The position numbers and the translations under genes are program-made. The notes below the pieces were generated by a model. That model made no database searches, had not been told where the DNA came from, and saw only the letters and a program-made list of their open reading frames with translations. A stretch of 64,000 nucleotides of DNA from positions 310,001 to 374,000 of the forward strand of contig NIVC01000286.1 in assembly GCA_002269645.1 (NCBI GenBank). Reading direction: 5' to 3'. Below, one piece after another: positions 18,070 to 38,560 of this stretch (position 1 is the stretch's first letter; each line of letters opens with the position of its first letter). The DNA is from Macrostomum lignano. Lineage: Eukaryota.

Positions 18070-21000
18070 CCAGTAGTCAATCTTTCCCGCTAAACCAGCT
18101 GGCCTTGCCCAGTTGAGGGTCTAATACTCTAAAAGATCGTTGGTTCCACTTTTTCATTTGACCCTTTGAGGTCCACAATGACCGAAAGTCCAAGGAGGCA
18201 AGGACTATTTATAAAGACTAACTAACATACGATATCTACATGTACATGTAAGTCGTCCTTGTGGAGGTCTATGTACAGTCGATGCAGTCTTGTACAATAA
18301 GCGTATGTTGTGCTCGCCTCGCTCTGTCCCAGGCTGCCGCGTCGTCGAGGACCGCCGGGGTGGCGACTGGCTGCCAGGATGCGTTGAAAGGCGGTGCCGT
18401 GAAGATAGACGGCTTCATGAGCCGGCATGGAACCGCGGGCCAACGGAAATATTGTGACAAAGGTGTTCTGGGCGAACGGAATAGATAGAAGCTTGTGTTG
18501 TGCTGGAGGACAGGGAGCATCTGAGTCTCACAATGAAGTTCGGCAGAGGCCATGGTGGGTGGTAGTGCAACCAGTAATGCTCCGGATAGCCGCATTTAAA
18601 CCACTTTGAATCAAGATTGAATCCCAGGAGTTTAGGATAGAGGGCCTGGGGAAGACCGACACCATCAAAGTTGACCTCGAGAGCCCTGGCGTATTCACGC
18701 TGGTCGGGGTGAATAACGTCGTCGTGCACTTTGCGGCCGAGACCTTGATCTTGCGGGCGTCGAGAAACGCGCCAGACGCGCGAGGTAGGCGTTCAGCCGC
18801 TCTTGGATGTTGGAGATTGAAGGGGAAGATGCCGCCAGTCAGGTCGTCGGCGTATCCGATACGGCTGGAGTCGGGATTGTCCGGCGTTGGGGTGTTCTTC
18901 AGATAAAAGGCGAAGAGGAGCGGGCTATCGCGCTGCCCTGGGCCATGCCCATGCGAGCTTGGCGCCAGGCGGACTAACAGTCGCGTAGCACGGTGGGGGC
19001 TATAGGCGTCCGAGCAGCCATGCAGCCTTTGATAAGGTTCGGCAGGTCAGAGTTAAAAATATCAGTGATAAGCTCACAGTGGTCAACGCAATCAAAGTTC
19101 AAGGGCTACTGCGCCGGTTATCACCGGGGGGCTTGGCTTGGCAGAATTCAGCACCGATCTGCTCAACGATCTGGCACACAGCTGTGGTAGTGGAATGCAT
19201 CGGGCGGAAGCCATGCTGCCAAGCAGGGAGCTTCAGGTGATCGGTCAGGAGAGGTAACAGCAGCTTCTCGAAGATTTTCGTAAGCGAGGAGAACAAGATC
19301 GGGAAGTGGCGCCATCATCTTGAGGCTTGCCGCTCTTGATAAGCGGGTAGATCAAGGATTTTTTCCACACCGCAGGAATTTTATGATGATGCAGTGAAAG
19401 ATTAAACGGGCCGAGGAGCGCACTGATGGAATGGCCTTCGAAAGTTTGGAGCGTTTGATGGCCTGAACAAGATTGTCTTTCGAGAAGTACAGGGTGGTCA
19501 GGTCTTCGCGTGGGAGGGCGGCAACTTTTCGGCGGACGAAACGCATAGCGGGATTCCTACAGTGAGCTCGCACAGTGCGCTCGCGGTTGCGTGGACTGTT
19601 GATTGAGCCGATTGGCCACCCCTGTGTCGCTCTTGGTCGGTTTTCCAGCGAAGCTGAGGACCGTATTACAAGCAGAGGACGTGACGCGGCCCGATGATGA
19701 TGCACCACAACTGATGTTCCAGCGGGTGCGACGCTCTTCTTCAACCTGTGAGGTGATGAGGCTCTGGAGCTCAGGGATCTGTGGGTTACTGGGGTCGGCA
19801 CAGCGCAGCTTGTCACGTTTTGTTTGGAGGTGGCGAATTTCAGCCGGACAAGACGAGGTTTCTTGGCGCTGTAATCTGCCTTCTGGGATGGCTGCCATCA
19901 TCGCCTTCAGAATGAGCCGGCGAAGGCTTTTCTCGACGCCGTGGGCGTTGCCGTCGGTGCTGAAGTTGGACAACGAGTCATCCAGCATAGAGCTGATGAG
20001 GTTCTAGTTGGCGCGGCGGAAATTAATTAAGCAGCGTTTGGTGGCCCCCAGCGATCTGGCCGAAACAGGAGAGGATCGGCAGGTGGCCGCTAGAGAGCGT
20101 TGGCAGGATGGAGTGCTCGCGCTGAGAAGTAGCGGCTGGTGTACTGCCATGACATTGGGGGTCTGTGGCTTGGGACTCTTGATTGTACCGGTACGGATAG
20201 GAAGTCGTACGGGACTGCTTTAGCTTGGCTGGCCAGCAAATCACCACGAGGGGTGGAGTCGAGGTCGGACTCCCACGCGGCATGGTGAGCGTTCCAGTCC
20301 CCGCAGACGATGGTTGGCGTGTCGGTGAGAGGAGCATGCTGATGTCAGGTATGAAACCGGTGGCGCAGCTGCTGACGGTCGGGAAGTAAGTGTTGAAGAC
20401 CCGAATGACGTGGTTGCTCGTCCAATGAAGGTAGATTCCTTGCGCTTCTACCGGTTCGGGAGCGAGGTCGGCACAGTTGGCGGGCTTGAACCGGATGGAG
20501 TCGAGGATGTAGAGGAGGAGGCCGCCACCTTTGGAGCGCAGGCGGTCTGAATGGACACAGGAGTAACCGGGTAGAACAGGATCGGCGGCGTTGCTAGTGA
20601 GCTCAGTCTCCTGGATGGCGATCACGTGCGGTTTGACGTTGCGGCTGAGGTATTCGAGCTCCTTGATTTTGTTGCTAATTACATTGGTGGTTCATTGAAG
20701 AACTTTATTGTTAGCTGAGGCGGTAGGTTTGGCTGGGGTGCTGGTTTGAGTGCTGCTGTTTTCTTTTTTGTTTGATTTTTTAGAACTTTTTAAACTTTTT
20801 AAATTTTTTTGTTTATGGTAAGTAAAGATCCGGCGGAGGTGCTGGCGTTTAAGGTTACAGTCGGTGCAGTGTTGCTGCTGGGCGTCAGGCTGCTAGTAGG
20901 ACAGCAGGGCCAATGTAGGCTGGGCTCCAACCGGAGGCGAGGATCCCAGCGCAGTTGACGTCTTTAACTCTGCAAAGTGAAGCCAGGATTGACAGACTAC

Positions 21001-21321
21001 CGACGGGAAAGAACCCCAGCTTGCAGCGTCCACACAGGTAGATCTTCGGCGGTCCTGGGTTTCGTTCAACGCCTCTGGCTCTGATGATGATGAGGCGAGC
21101 CAGCCAAGCCGGCTTAAGTGGTCCTCAAATGAAAAAGGCGCTTGAGGAAGTCCAACAGAGTTCAGCGCTGCACAGAAAGCGCAATCCCGGGTTGAGAGAG
21201 TGCGGTACATTTGGTCCGGCCAGTGCCAGAGTCGCCTCCACTGGCCGATTGAGAACGGATAACGCTTCACGGGACGAAGCCGGACCATTTTGGAGACCCT
21301 TTCACCGACGCGGGTTCAGGG
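18070..21321 (-). mobile_element. Degenerate APE-type LINE (Ingi/Vingi-like): 2A-like motif, PHD-like finger, APE, RT
   Basis: GVERNPGP at 21073-21050, then Cys-rich CGRC...CQSWLH...WPCC across frames. APE: ELEYLSRNVKPHVIAIQETEL, GGGLL, VFNTY. RT: KIFEKLL, QHGFRPMHSTTTA, YADDL (~18860-18845), PKLLG. Many stops and frameshifts. Confidence 0.88.
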
Positions 21322-22280
21322 CTCCTCCTCGCTCTGGTCTTGATAGACGGCCCTGATGGGCTTCCTGTTCTCGTGGCCACTGAAGTTCAAGCCGCGCTGC
21401 TGACTGCTAGGGCCCTTCCAACGCTGGTCTTTTGACTCGCTAGACAGGCGACCTCCAAGTGGCCCAGCTTGTCATAGGCGTGACACTTGGTTTTCGCATT
21501 CAGTCGACAGGTACTGCCTGGAGCCGCAGCGCATGCAGGGTGACGCGGCTTTACCGACCAGATTGACCTCCAACTTGGCGCGCCAGCTGTTGGCCTCCGC
21601 TTCCGCGATTTCTGCTGCTTGAGCGATTTCCTTTGCTTTCTCGAGCGTCAGGGTGTAATTCAACAACCGCTTTTTCACTTGCGGCTCCCGTAGTCCACTG
21701 AAGAAGCAGTTACGCAGTGCGACTTCCAGAAAAGTGCCGATGTTGCAGGTCTCCTCCAGAACTGCGCCGCCGACTGACCGACTCTCCGTCCTTGTAGAAG
21801 CGAAACCGCTCGGCAATGACCTTCTTTTGGAAGAAGGCTTCCCTCCCGAGCACAGATTTTGTAAGGTCGCACTCGCAGAGCTTTGGCGGCTGATTAAAGT
21901 AAAAACACCGCTTTCTTCTGGCTGTCGTCCTTGATTCTGTTTGCGCTCATATAGAGGGCGAGGCGCTGCGCTCCTCGTAGGTGCAACCAGTCTTTTCCCT
22001 CCTCGAAAGGCTCCACCATGCCGATCTGACTCCAAAATGAAATGAAATGAAAGACAAAATGTGTGTGTGTGAACCTCGCAGGCTGTTTTATAATTATTCC
22101 ACTGCACCCCTGCAGGGGTAGCACAATCCCAACCAGGCCTCTGTTTGCTGGGGTGCGGGGTGCAGACAGGCAGACTTTTGTGGGCATTGGGCGTACAGTG
22201 ATGACCGTGCGGCCGGACAAAGACCAGCGCCTGGTGTGTGGACTGTGGGGAATGAGTCCCGAATAGACAGACACTACCAA
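21322..22280 (-). mobile_element. Ty3/gypsy remnant: LTR-like leader plus frameshifted gag with two zinc knuckles, truncated before pol
   Basis: MVEPFEEGKDW...RLALYMSANRIKDDSQKKAVFLL, LRNCFFSGLREPQVKKRLL...LTLEKAKEIAQAAE, CMRCGS...C and CHAYDKLGHLEVAC. AATAAAA in the upstream segment 22280-22065. Confidence 0.8.
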
Positions 22281-22305
22281 TAATTAATGCATTTTGCCGC
22301 TAAAG

Positions 22306-22681
22306 CAGGGGTCGGCCAACTTTTTTTTACCTCAATGGCCAGATAGAGAATCTAGTAGCGCTAGCGTATAACTACGGGCGAGAGGAGGGAGAGAGGAGAG
22401 AGGTGAGATATGAGACATTGGGAGAAAGCAGAGGCGAGAGGCGAGAGGCTAGACGAGGCAAAAAGAGAGGAGACGATGAGGAAAGAAGAGAGATGAGAGA
22501 GGGAGAGGAGAGAGGATGAAGGAAAGAAAAAGAGAGAGAGGAGATTAGAGAAAGGAGAGCTGAGAAGAGACACCTACCTTGAGCGGGCCGGATTGCTATT
22601 GTGAAGCAAAAACATCTTAAGTTCTTGAGAAGTCCTTGTTGTGAAGTTTCAAAGTTCACGGATGTGGCCCGCGAACCCCTG
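22306..22681 (-). mobile_element. hAT/Charlie-like MITE with GA-rich interior
   Basis: Termini CAGGGGTCGGCCAAC ... GTGGCCCGCGAACCCCTG. Same family as 14693-15040. Confidence 0.7.
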
Positions 22682-23519
22682 CCTCCAAAAAGTAGTCGTA
22701 CATTTATGAGCTATATTTACCTGAAACAAGCATAACGAAGTAGTTACATTAAATAATTATATTATAAAACTTAAACACTAAATCCTAAATATTTCAAGCC
22801 CCTCAAAAATGATTTCTGAATTCACAAATACCATAAGAATTATTTCAACAATTCTATCGGTTTTATTGTAAATAAAAATACACTTATTAGCAAACGTAAC
22901 AAGAAATATGGTATTAGGAACGTTCCTAAATCCTATTTTGAAGCGGAAATTGCGCAAAAAATCAATTTTGTTCCAACTGAAACAATAAAATTCTGATTTT
23001 GTGCGCCTGCAGACGATTCCGTCAAATATAATTTACTGACTGCATGTGCAAAAATCTAATTGTTGATTCAGAACCTCAATTCAAACGATCGAGCGTATGA
23101 AGAGCAATCTTCCCTCTTCCCCACTTCCGATTAAAAATATAGCGGCTCTCAGGAAGTGACGAAAACCAACTACGTCTGTATCTGACCACAGGACGATGGC
23201 AGAGCAGTTGAGGAAGCCTTATCTGCATATATTTATGTAAGTATTCCAGAAAAACAGTACAAAAGTGCAACTCGAAAGGCTACATGTACAGCTTTTAAAT
23301 GTTACGTACACGATAAATTTCTCATCAAAGCTCGTGATTGGCTAGAGAAATTTATCGCCACGAGTGCCACAGGATGGCTTCAGAATGAATTGCACGAGGC
23401 AGGTTTTACCATAGACAAAAGCTCCTCAACAGTGAGCGCGTCTTTACAGACGCGGATTTACGCAGATGCAGATTTACTAGAGACAATGGTTGCTAATTAA
23501 TGACGATCAAATGGACGAC

Positions 23520-24750
23520 TAGGGAATACAAAATCCCGAATTTTCCCAATCCCGGGACTCACGGGATCGAGATATCTGACTTTGCCAATCCCAGAACTCA
23601 CGGGATCGAGATATCTGACTTTGCCAATCACGGGACTCACGGGATCGAGATATCTGACTTTGCCAATCACGGGACTCACGGGATCGAGATATCTGACTTT
23701 GCCAATCACGGGACTCACGGGATCGAGATATCTGACTTTGCCAATCACGGGACTCACGGGATCGAGATATCTGACTTTGCCAATCCCGGGACTCACGGGA
23801 TCGAGATATCTGACTTTGCCAATCACGGGACTCACGGGATCGAGATATCTGACTTTGCCAATCCCGGGACTCACGGGATTGAGATATCTGACTTTGCCAA
23901 TCCCGGGACTCACGGGATCGAGATATCTGACTTTGCCAATCACGGGACTCACGGGATTGAGATATCTGACTTTGCCAATCCCGGGACTCACGGGATTGAG
24001 ATATCTGACTTTGCCAATCCCGGGACTCACGGGATCGAGATATCTGACTTTGGGATCCCGACAAATTGGGCCGGGATCCCGATCCCGGGATTGAAAAAGT
24101 TTCAAATCTAATTGTTGGTGCAATTTCGGTTTACTAAGCCCTCTAACCTGGTTTTAAAGGGCTTTCAATAATAAATGTAGAAAAAAAATTGCAAACAAGA
24201 AACTGACAGTGAGCCCTGAATTGGAGTGTGATGTACGCGCTGGCGTAAGATGTGCTTTTTTACATGCCAGTATCAGCTCAGGAAAATCACAGTTGATTGT
24301 GATGCAACCTGGGGAATGATAGCTTACTGAGCTATCGTCCCAGGTACTGACACCAGGTTAGAAGGGGATCAGACATCACCCTCCCAGGGGCACCCGCCCT
24401 AGATGGAGAATGGGTAGCTTGGTTTGTGGTCCGATAGCAAGGTCCCACTGTTCTAATCCCAACTACGGCCAAGGAGTTTTGAAGGTAGGGACTGCTTAAA
24501 GTAGTTCTACATTATTACACCGTAAATTACGACCTGCTAACAGTTTCTGTTTTGTATTCCTGTTGCCCTATAGCCTCTACTCACTAGCCTGCATGCTTAA
24601 AAGATTGAGAAATCAAAGTAAGACAACTGGGTTATGGTTTTCAACTGACAAGTATCTCAGCTGCAGATACTACTATTCGCGAATTAATGATTTAATTACC
24701 GCAAAGCCGGATCGGGATCCCAATGGTCAATCTCGGGATTGTATTCCCTA
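23520..24750. mobile_element. Non-autonomous DNA transposon (probably hAT) containing a 39-bp array
   Basis: Perfect 12-bp TIR TAGGGAATACAA / TTGTATTCCCTA. The 8-bp flanks TGGACGAC and TAGACGGC match at 6 of 8 positions. Confidence 0.75.
23545..24050. repeat. Minisatellite, 39-bp unit CCGGGACTCACGGGATCGAGATATCTGACTTTGCCAATC
   Basis: About 13 near-identical copies. Confidence 0.97.
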
Positions 24751-26223
24751 TAGACGGCTGTTCATAAGTTTCATAGAAAATGATTGCTACAGAAAAGCTC
24801 TCAAAAGTGGTTATCCGTTGCTAATTTTGTAGCTACAGACTCTTGACTCTTTAAATCATCACTTTTAGAGAAGTTGCGACGTGGTGCAGGTCCACCGTAA
24901 AAATAAATTTTCAAATTATTATCAATAACGATCAATAAGATAAGAAATTGTTTTATTACATGGTTTATTTATATATATTCTACTATCAAATGATGAGATT
25001 ATCTGCAAGAATGTTAACAGCAGCAACTTAGTATAATTATATGTTATAGCACTGTATAAGCATATAAGTTCGGCCCATTGTTGGGTGCGCAAAAGCCGCT
25101 CAGGCAGCGGTAGCCATAATATGCTTGGGTAGACTTTGAATTAAATAACATTAACGCGTAAACAGCGTGCGTACAATTAACGTAAAACTTCAGGTAATAA
25201 CTTTGAGAGAGTTTGGAAGCATAGCTGACTGTAATAGATGACTCATGTTTTACATTATGCATCAGTCAAAACAAACAAAGCAATGAGGGGGGTCGAGGAA
25301 GATTAAACAGGCAATTTCAATTCATTTATAGATATAGACAGGAATTGACTACTGCAAAAATAGTTTCGTTATTAGAGAAATGAGTAGTGAAATATGGATT
25401 GGTGCAATTCACGATTGCACATTTTTTAAAGTACAATTGCAGGGTAAAAGTCTACATATTGCAGTGAGTCAAAATGTGTATACTAGATTTCTTAGAAATG
25501 AGCAGGGAGGCCATAGACAAAATAGGTCATGAAAAAACTGATTTCCCGAGAGCATTGTCCTTATAGCTACTGGCCTAGCAGCTCATGTCCACCGTCCTTC
25601 AGTTATCCATGTGGGGAATAGCCTCTGAACAGCTTTGAACAACTCTTTCACAAGTAAAATCAAATATCATAGCAGAATCAAATCAAACTGCATTGCTGAG
25701 TCAGCAAATAAAAATTTGAAACCGGCATTGAGAAAAACAATCATTGAAGTTTGATGAATAGTGAAGCTACGATAGGCAAATGGGAACAAAGAAAGACGGA
25801 AGGTATAGCTCCATGGGGACACACACATGCAGAGACATTGAGGATCAAGACGGGCATCGAAGCAAATCAAATATATCGACAAACATATATAGGTTATTGC
25901 GATAATATGTATCTCATAGACAGAACATATGAGAAATGAGTTAAAAGTCATTTGAGACCTCGGACTTGGGGGGGGGGTAAGTTTAGTGGCGCAACTTGGA
26001 CTCAAACTAACGCTATTTTTGACGCTGTTAATTTTGTTAGGTTAACTCAATTTTAAAGATCCTGAGCGTATGAGCCTATAAATGACTGACAGGAATTTCG
26101 AGAACACCATAAAGTTCAAGCCCTCCTTCATGACACTCTGCTCTGGCTGTCCATGCAGGACTAAAAAAACTGGTGCATTCTCAACTATTTCTTAAAATAA
26201 CATCATCTTAGCCGCAGAAAAAT

Positions 26224-33286
<7,063 letters not shown>

Positions 33287-33837
33287 TTTTTGTCTGATTC
33301 AAATTTGTTGCTTTTTGAGAGAACACGACAGTAGATTAGAAAGGAATATTTTCCACTTCTGCTGCCCGGTTTTGTCTTCAGTTGAGCTTGGGGGCCCTCC
33401 AGCCAATCAGGAAGCAGCGGGATCCAAGCTGGTTTTCTATTGGTCGAGAGAGAAATTTGGGGCCAGGAAGTGGAGCGTGAGGGACCCCGTGATGCTGAGG
33501 ATGCATTCATTATGATTGATTTGCAGAGCGATCCATTAGACAGTGGAGTGTATCGAATAAGCTGCTAATTGCGCAAGTTACAGATTTTCGGGTGATTCCC
33601 ATTAAAGGTGACTCTCATTACGGGTGATTCTCCGAGGTGACTTTCGGGGGTGCTTCTCATTAGAGGTGATTCTAGATCTCAATCTTCACTTAAAATTATG
33701 GGTGATTCTCAGAGGTGACTCTAAGACTGATTCTCGTTAAACGTGATTTCCTGGATTGATGCTTATTATCTCATGGATGATTCTGATCGAATGTAAGTAT
33801 TATCGGGGCAATTATCGATGATAACTTTGAATGTGCG

Positions 33838-34262
33838 AGTGCTTCTCAGGGTCAGAGTGTGCTTCTCAGGGTGTACTTCTCAGGGTGTACTTCTCAGGGT
33901 GTACTTCTCAGGGTGTGCTTCTCAGGTTGTGCTTCTCAGGGTCAGGGTGTGCTTCTTAGGGTGTGCTTCTTAGGGTGTGCTTCTCAGGTTGTGCTTCTCA
34001 GGGTCAGGGTGTGCTTCTTAGGGTGTGCTTCTTAGGGTGTGCTTTTCAGGGAGTGCTTCTCAGAGTGTACTTCTCAGAGTGTGCTTCTTAGGGTGTGCTT
34101 CTTAGGGTGTGCTTCTTAGGGTGTGCTTCTTAGGGTGTGCTTATCAGGGTTTGCTTCTCAGGCTGTGCTTCTCAGAGTGTGCTTCTTAGGGTGTGCTTCT
34201 CAGGGTGTGCTTCTTAGGGTGTGCTTCTTAGGGTGTGCTTCTTAGGGTGTGCTTCTCGGGGT
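33838..34262. repeat. Minisatellite, 14-bp unit GTGCTTCTCAGGGT
   Basis: Tandem copies are visible. Confidence 0.95.
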
Positions 34263-34964
34263 ATGCTTTTACGTTACGTGGCTACCATATCTATTCTACA
34301 TCTATTCCAATATATCTACATGTATATACATATCTATTCTAGTCTGTCAATTTTTATCAGAACTTCCTCTTGCATCACAGCTCACACATAGGGTTAGATT
34401 TTGTTCTAGTTAGAGGGGTTCGAATATCGAGTATCAATTGTCAAGGTGGTCAATTATGGATAAACTGAACCATATGGTTGCTATGCTGTTCACTATCTGG
34501 AATCATTTTTTATGTTTTCCAATTATATTTTGCATAGAACGATTCTGCAATTTGGTCAAGGGCCTGTTGTGCTATGCTGCATGACCGAAGTCTTTGCAAA
34601 GTTTTTTCTCCACAATCTGAAATTTGATATTTTATTACGAAAGCAGCAACAGCATAGCAACCAGACGCACACTGGGGTCATAAATCTGGTTTGCCCACCA
34701 AGTCGCAGGTTTGTTCACTGATTGAATTGCATTCATTTTAACTACAGTGACCTAATTTTCCATCACTCTTGATTAAACAGTTGCTTAGTTAATCAAATTC
34801 AAGTTTGAAGGTCTGGGCAGGATCTTTTTTGTCATTTTTAATGTTTGGTTCGGCTTTTTCTTTTCTTAGTACGGGAAACTTAAAGAAATAACTTGTACTT
34901 GTACGGTTCCCTTGTACTTGTACGGTTCCCTCTGCACTCCTCTGTCCACCATCAAATGTCTACC

Positions 34965-37105
34965 ACATCTACTCTATCTACCATCAAGTGTCTACCATAT
35001 CTACTCTGTCTACCATCAAGTGTCTACCACATCTACTCTGTCTACCATCAAGTGTCTACCACATCTACTCTGTCTACCATCAAGTGTCTACCACATCTAC
35101 TCTATCTACCATCAAGTGTCTACCACATCTACTCTATCTACCATCAAGTGTCAACCACATCTACTCTATCTACCATCAAGTGTCTACCATATCTACTCTA
35201 TCTACCATCAAGTGTCTACCACATCTACTCTATCTACCATCAAGTGTCTACCATATCTACTCTATCTACCATCAAGTGTCTACCACATCTACTCTATCTA
35301 CCATCAAGTGTCTACCACATCTACTCTATCTACCATCAAGTGTCTACCATATCTACTCTATCTACCATCAAGTGTCTACCATATCTACTCTATCTACCAT
35401 CAAGTGTCTACCATATCTACTCTATCTACCATCAAGTGTCTACCACATCTACTCTATCTACCATCAAGTGTCTACCACATCTACTCTATCTACCATCAAG
35501 TGTCTACCATATCTACTCTATCTACCATCAAGTGTCTACCACATCTACTCTATCTACCATCAAGTGTCTACCATATCTACTCTATCTACCATCAAGTGTC
35601 TACCATATCTACTCTATCTACCATCAAGTGTCTACACCATATCTACTCTGTCTACCATCAAGTGTCTACCATATCTACTCTGTCTACCATCAAGTGTCTA
35701 CCATATCTACTCTGTCTACCATCAAGTGTCTACCATATCTACTCTGTCTACCATCAAGTGTCTACCATATCTACTCTGTCTACCATCAAGTGTCTACCAT
35801 ATCTACTCTATCTACCATCAAGTGTCTACCACATCTACTCTATCTACCATCAAGTGTCTACACCATATCTACTCTGTCTACCATCAAGTGTCTACCATAT
35901 CTACTCTGTCTACCATCAAGTGTCTACCATATCTACTCTGTCTACCATCAAGTGTCTACCATATCGACTCTATCTACCATCAAGTGTCTACCATATCTAC
36001 TCTGTCTACCATCAAGTGTCTACCATATCTACTCTATCTACCATCAAGTGTCTACCACATCTACTCTATCTACCATCAAGTGTCTACCATATCTACTCTG
36101 TCTACCATCAAGTGTCTACCATATCTACTCTATCTACCATCAAGTGTCTACCACATCTACTCTATCTACCATCAAGTGTCTACCATATCTACTCTGTCTA
36201 CCATCAAGTGTCTACCATATCTACTCTATCTACCATCAAGTGTCTACACCATATCTACTCTATCTACCATCAAGTGTCTACCATATCTACTCCATCTACC
36301 ATCAAATGTCTACCATATCGACTCTATCTACAATCAAGTGTCTACACCATATCTACTCTATCTACCATCAAGTGTCTACCATATCTACTCTATCTACCAT
36401 CAAGTGTCTATCATATCTCCTCTATCTACCATCAAGTGTCTATCATATCTCCTCTGTCTACCATCAAGTGTCTACCATATCTACTCTATCTACCATCAAG
36501 TGTCTACACCATATCTACTCTATCTACCATCAAGTGTCTACCATATCTACTCCATCTACCATCAAATGTCTACCATATCGACTCTATCTACAATCAAGTG
36601 TCTACACCATATCTACTCTATCTACCATCAAGTGTCTACCATATCTACTCTATCTACCATCAAGTGTCTATCATATCTCCTCTATCTACCATCAAGTGTC
36701 TATCATATCTCCTCTGTCTACCATCAACTGTCTATCATATCTCCTCTATCTACCATCAAGTGTCTATCATATCTCCTCTATCTACCATCAAGTGTCTACC
36801 ATATCTACTCTATCTACCATCAAGTGTCTGCCATATCTACTCTGTCTACCATCAAGTGTCTACCATATCTACTCTATCGACCATCAAGTGTCTGCCATAT
36901 CTACTCTGTCTACCATCAAGTGTCTACCATATCTACTTCATCTACCATCAAGTGTCTACCATATATACTCTGTCTACCATCAAGTGTCTGCCATATCTAC
37001 TCTGTCTACCATCAAGTGTCTACCATATCTACTCTGTCTACCATCAAGTGTCTACCATATATACTCTGTCTACCATCAAGTGTCTACCATATCTACTTTA
37101 TCTCC
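34965..37105. repeat. Minisatellite, 32-bp unit TATCTACCATCAAGTGTCTACCACATCTACTC
   Basis: Long tandem array that produces the spurious ~750-aa ORFs in all three + frames. Confidence 0.98.
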
Positions 37106-37899
37106 ATCCTCTGCCTACCTCTCCAGCCTTACCAATTCCCTTTAATGCAAATAATTTTCATTTTAAACAATCTGCTTCATGAAATTAAACTCACAATGCA
37201 GAAAATCAACTGCGTGTAAACTAGAATAATTTTAATTATTAATCTTTCCTGTAAACTGTCGGATCAAGAGTCACTCATTGTTTACACTAAAACATTAAAT
37301 GAACCCACCGTTATGACGTCCATAGTTTCAAGCTAATAGGGGTCTGTTGCACACATCCTTCGGTCGTTTGTTTCTTACAATTCCATGAGAATGCAGATTT
37401 CAATGCATTTCTGTATGATGCCAATTTAAATTCAGAAAAATAATATTGCAGACATCGCAATTTCATTAGCAGAATTCAGTTACACGTGCTGCCAAGTATT
37501 GCCGCTAAGCTGTTTATTGAGGTGTAAGTGCTATAGAGATAACAACCTTCAAAACTTTTATTCCAGAAAAGTGTCTAACAAACACACCTGCATAAACATA
37601 TTTACCTTATAGAATTGCTAATCTAACACACTAATCGAAACGGAACACAATTTTCTTGCAAAGTCTTATTTTATATACGGAACTTCAGTTCCTGTGAATC
37701 CGTTGCAAGTGTGTGTGCAGAGAATTTTATGCCATCATTATCTTTATGTCAGTTTGCTAGTCATAAACTCATTCTGTAACTGGGTAGCATTTGCGAAACA
37801 CTCAAGGCTTATTTAACTTGTTTTACTTTTATTTCGTCAAGTCTCTGCACTAGTCTATTTTCATACATCCAAATCTTCATTTCTCCAACCCTTCATTCC

Positions 37900-38560
37900 T
37901 GCAAATCTGCATTTATCCAACCTTTCATTCTTCCAAACCTTCATTCTTCCAACCCTTCATTCTTCCAACCCTTCATTATTCCAACCTTTCATTTTTCCAA
38001 CCCTTCATTCTTCCAAACCTTCATTCTTCCAACCCTTCATTCTTCCAACCCTTCATTCTTCCAACCCTTCATTATTCTAACCCTTCATTCTTCCAACCCT
38101 TCATTCTTCTAACCCTTCATTCTTCTAACCCTTCATTCTTCCAACTCTTCATTCTTCTAACCCTTCATTCTTCCAACCTTTCATTCTTCCAACCCTTCAT
38201 TCTTCCAAACCTTCATTCTTCCAACCCTTCATTCTTCTAACCCTTCATTCTTCCAACCCTTCATTCTTCTAACCCTTCATTCTTCCAACCCTTCATTCTT
38301 CTAACCCTTCATTCTTCTAACCCTTCATTCTTCCAACCCTTCATTCTTCTAACCCTCATTAGAAGATTCATTCATTCATTCATTCATTAGAGTCATTCAT
38401 TCTTCCAACCCTTCATTCTTCTAACCCTTCATTCTTCTAACCCTTCATTCTTCCAACCCTTCATTCTTCTAACCCTTCATTCTTCCAACCCTTCATTCTT
38501 CTAACCCTTCATTCTTCTAACCCTTCATTCTTCCAACCCTTCATTCTTCCAACCCTTCCT
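37900..38560. repeat. Minisatellite, 16-bp unit CCAACCCTTCATTCTT
   Basis: Tandem copies are visible. Confidence 0.96.

Noticed and set aside
23497-24123. CRISPR-like appearance and repeat ORFs of the 39-bp arrays (also 32260-32915)
   Set aside because: The units are contiguous with no unique spacers, there are no cas genes, and the context is eukaryotic.
34893-37219. Three ~750-aa ORFs
   Set aside because: These are translations of a stop-free 32-bp minisatellite in all three frames, with no splice or domain support.
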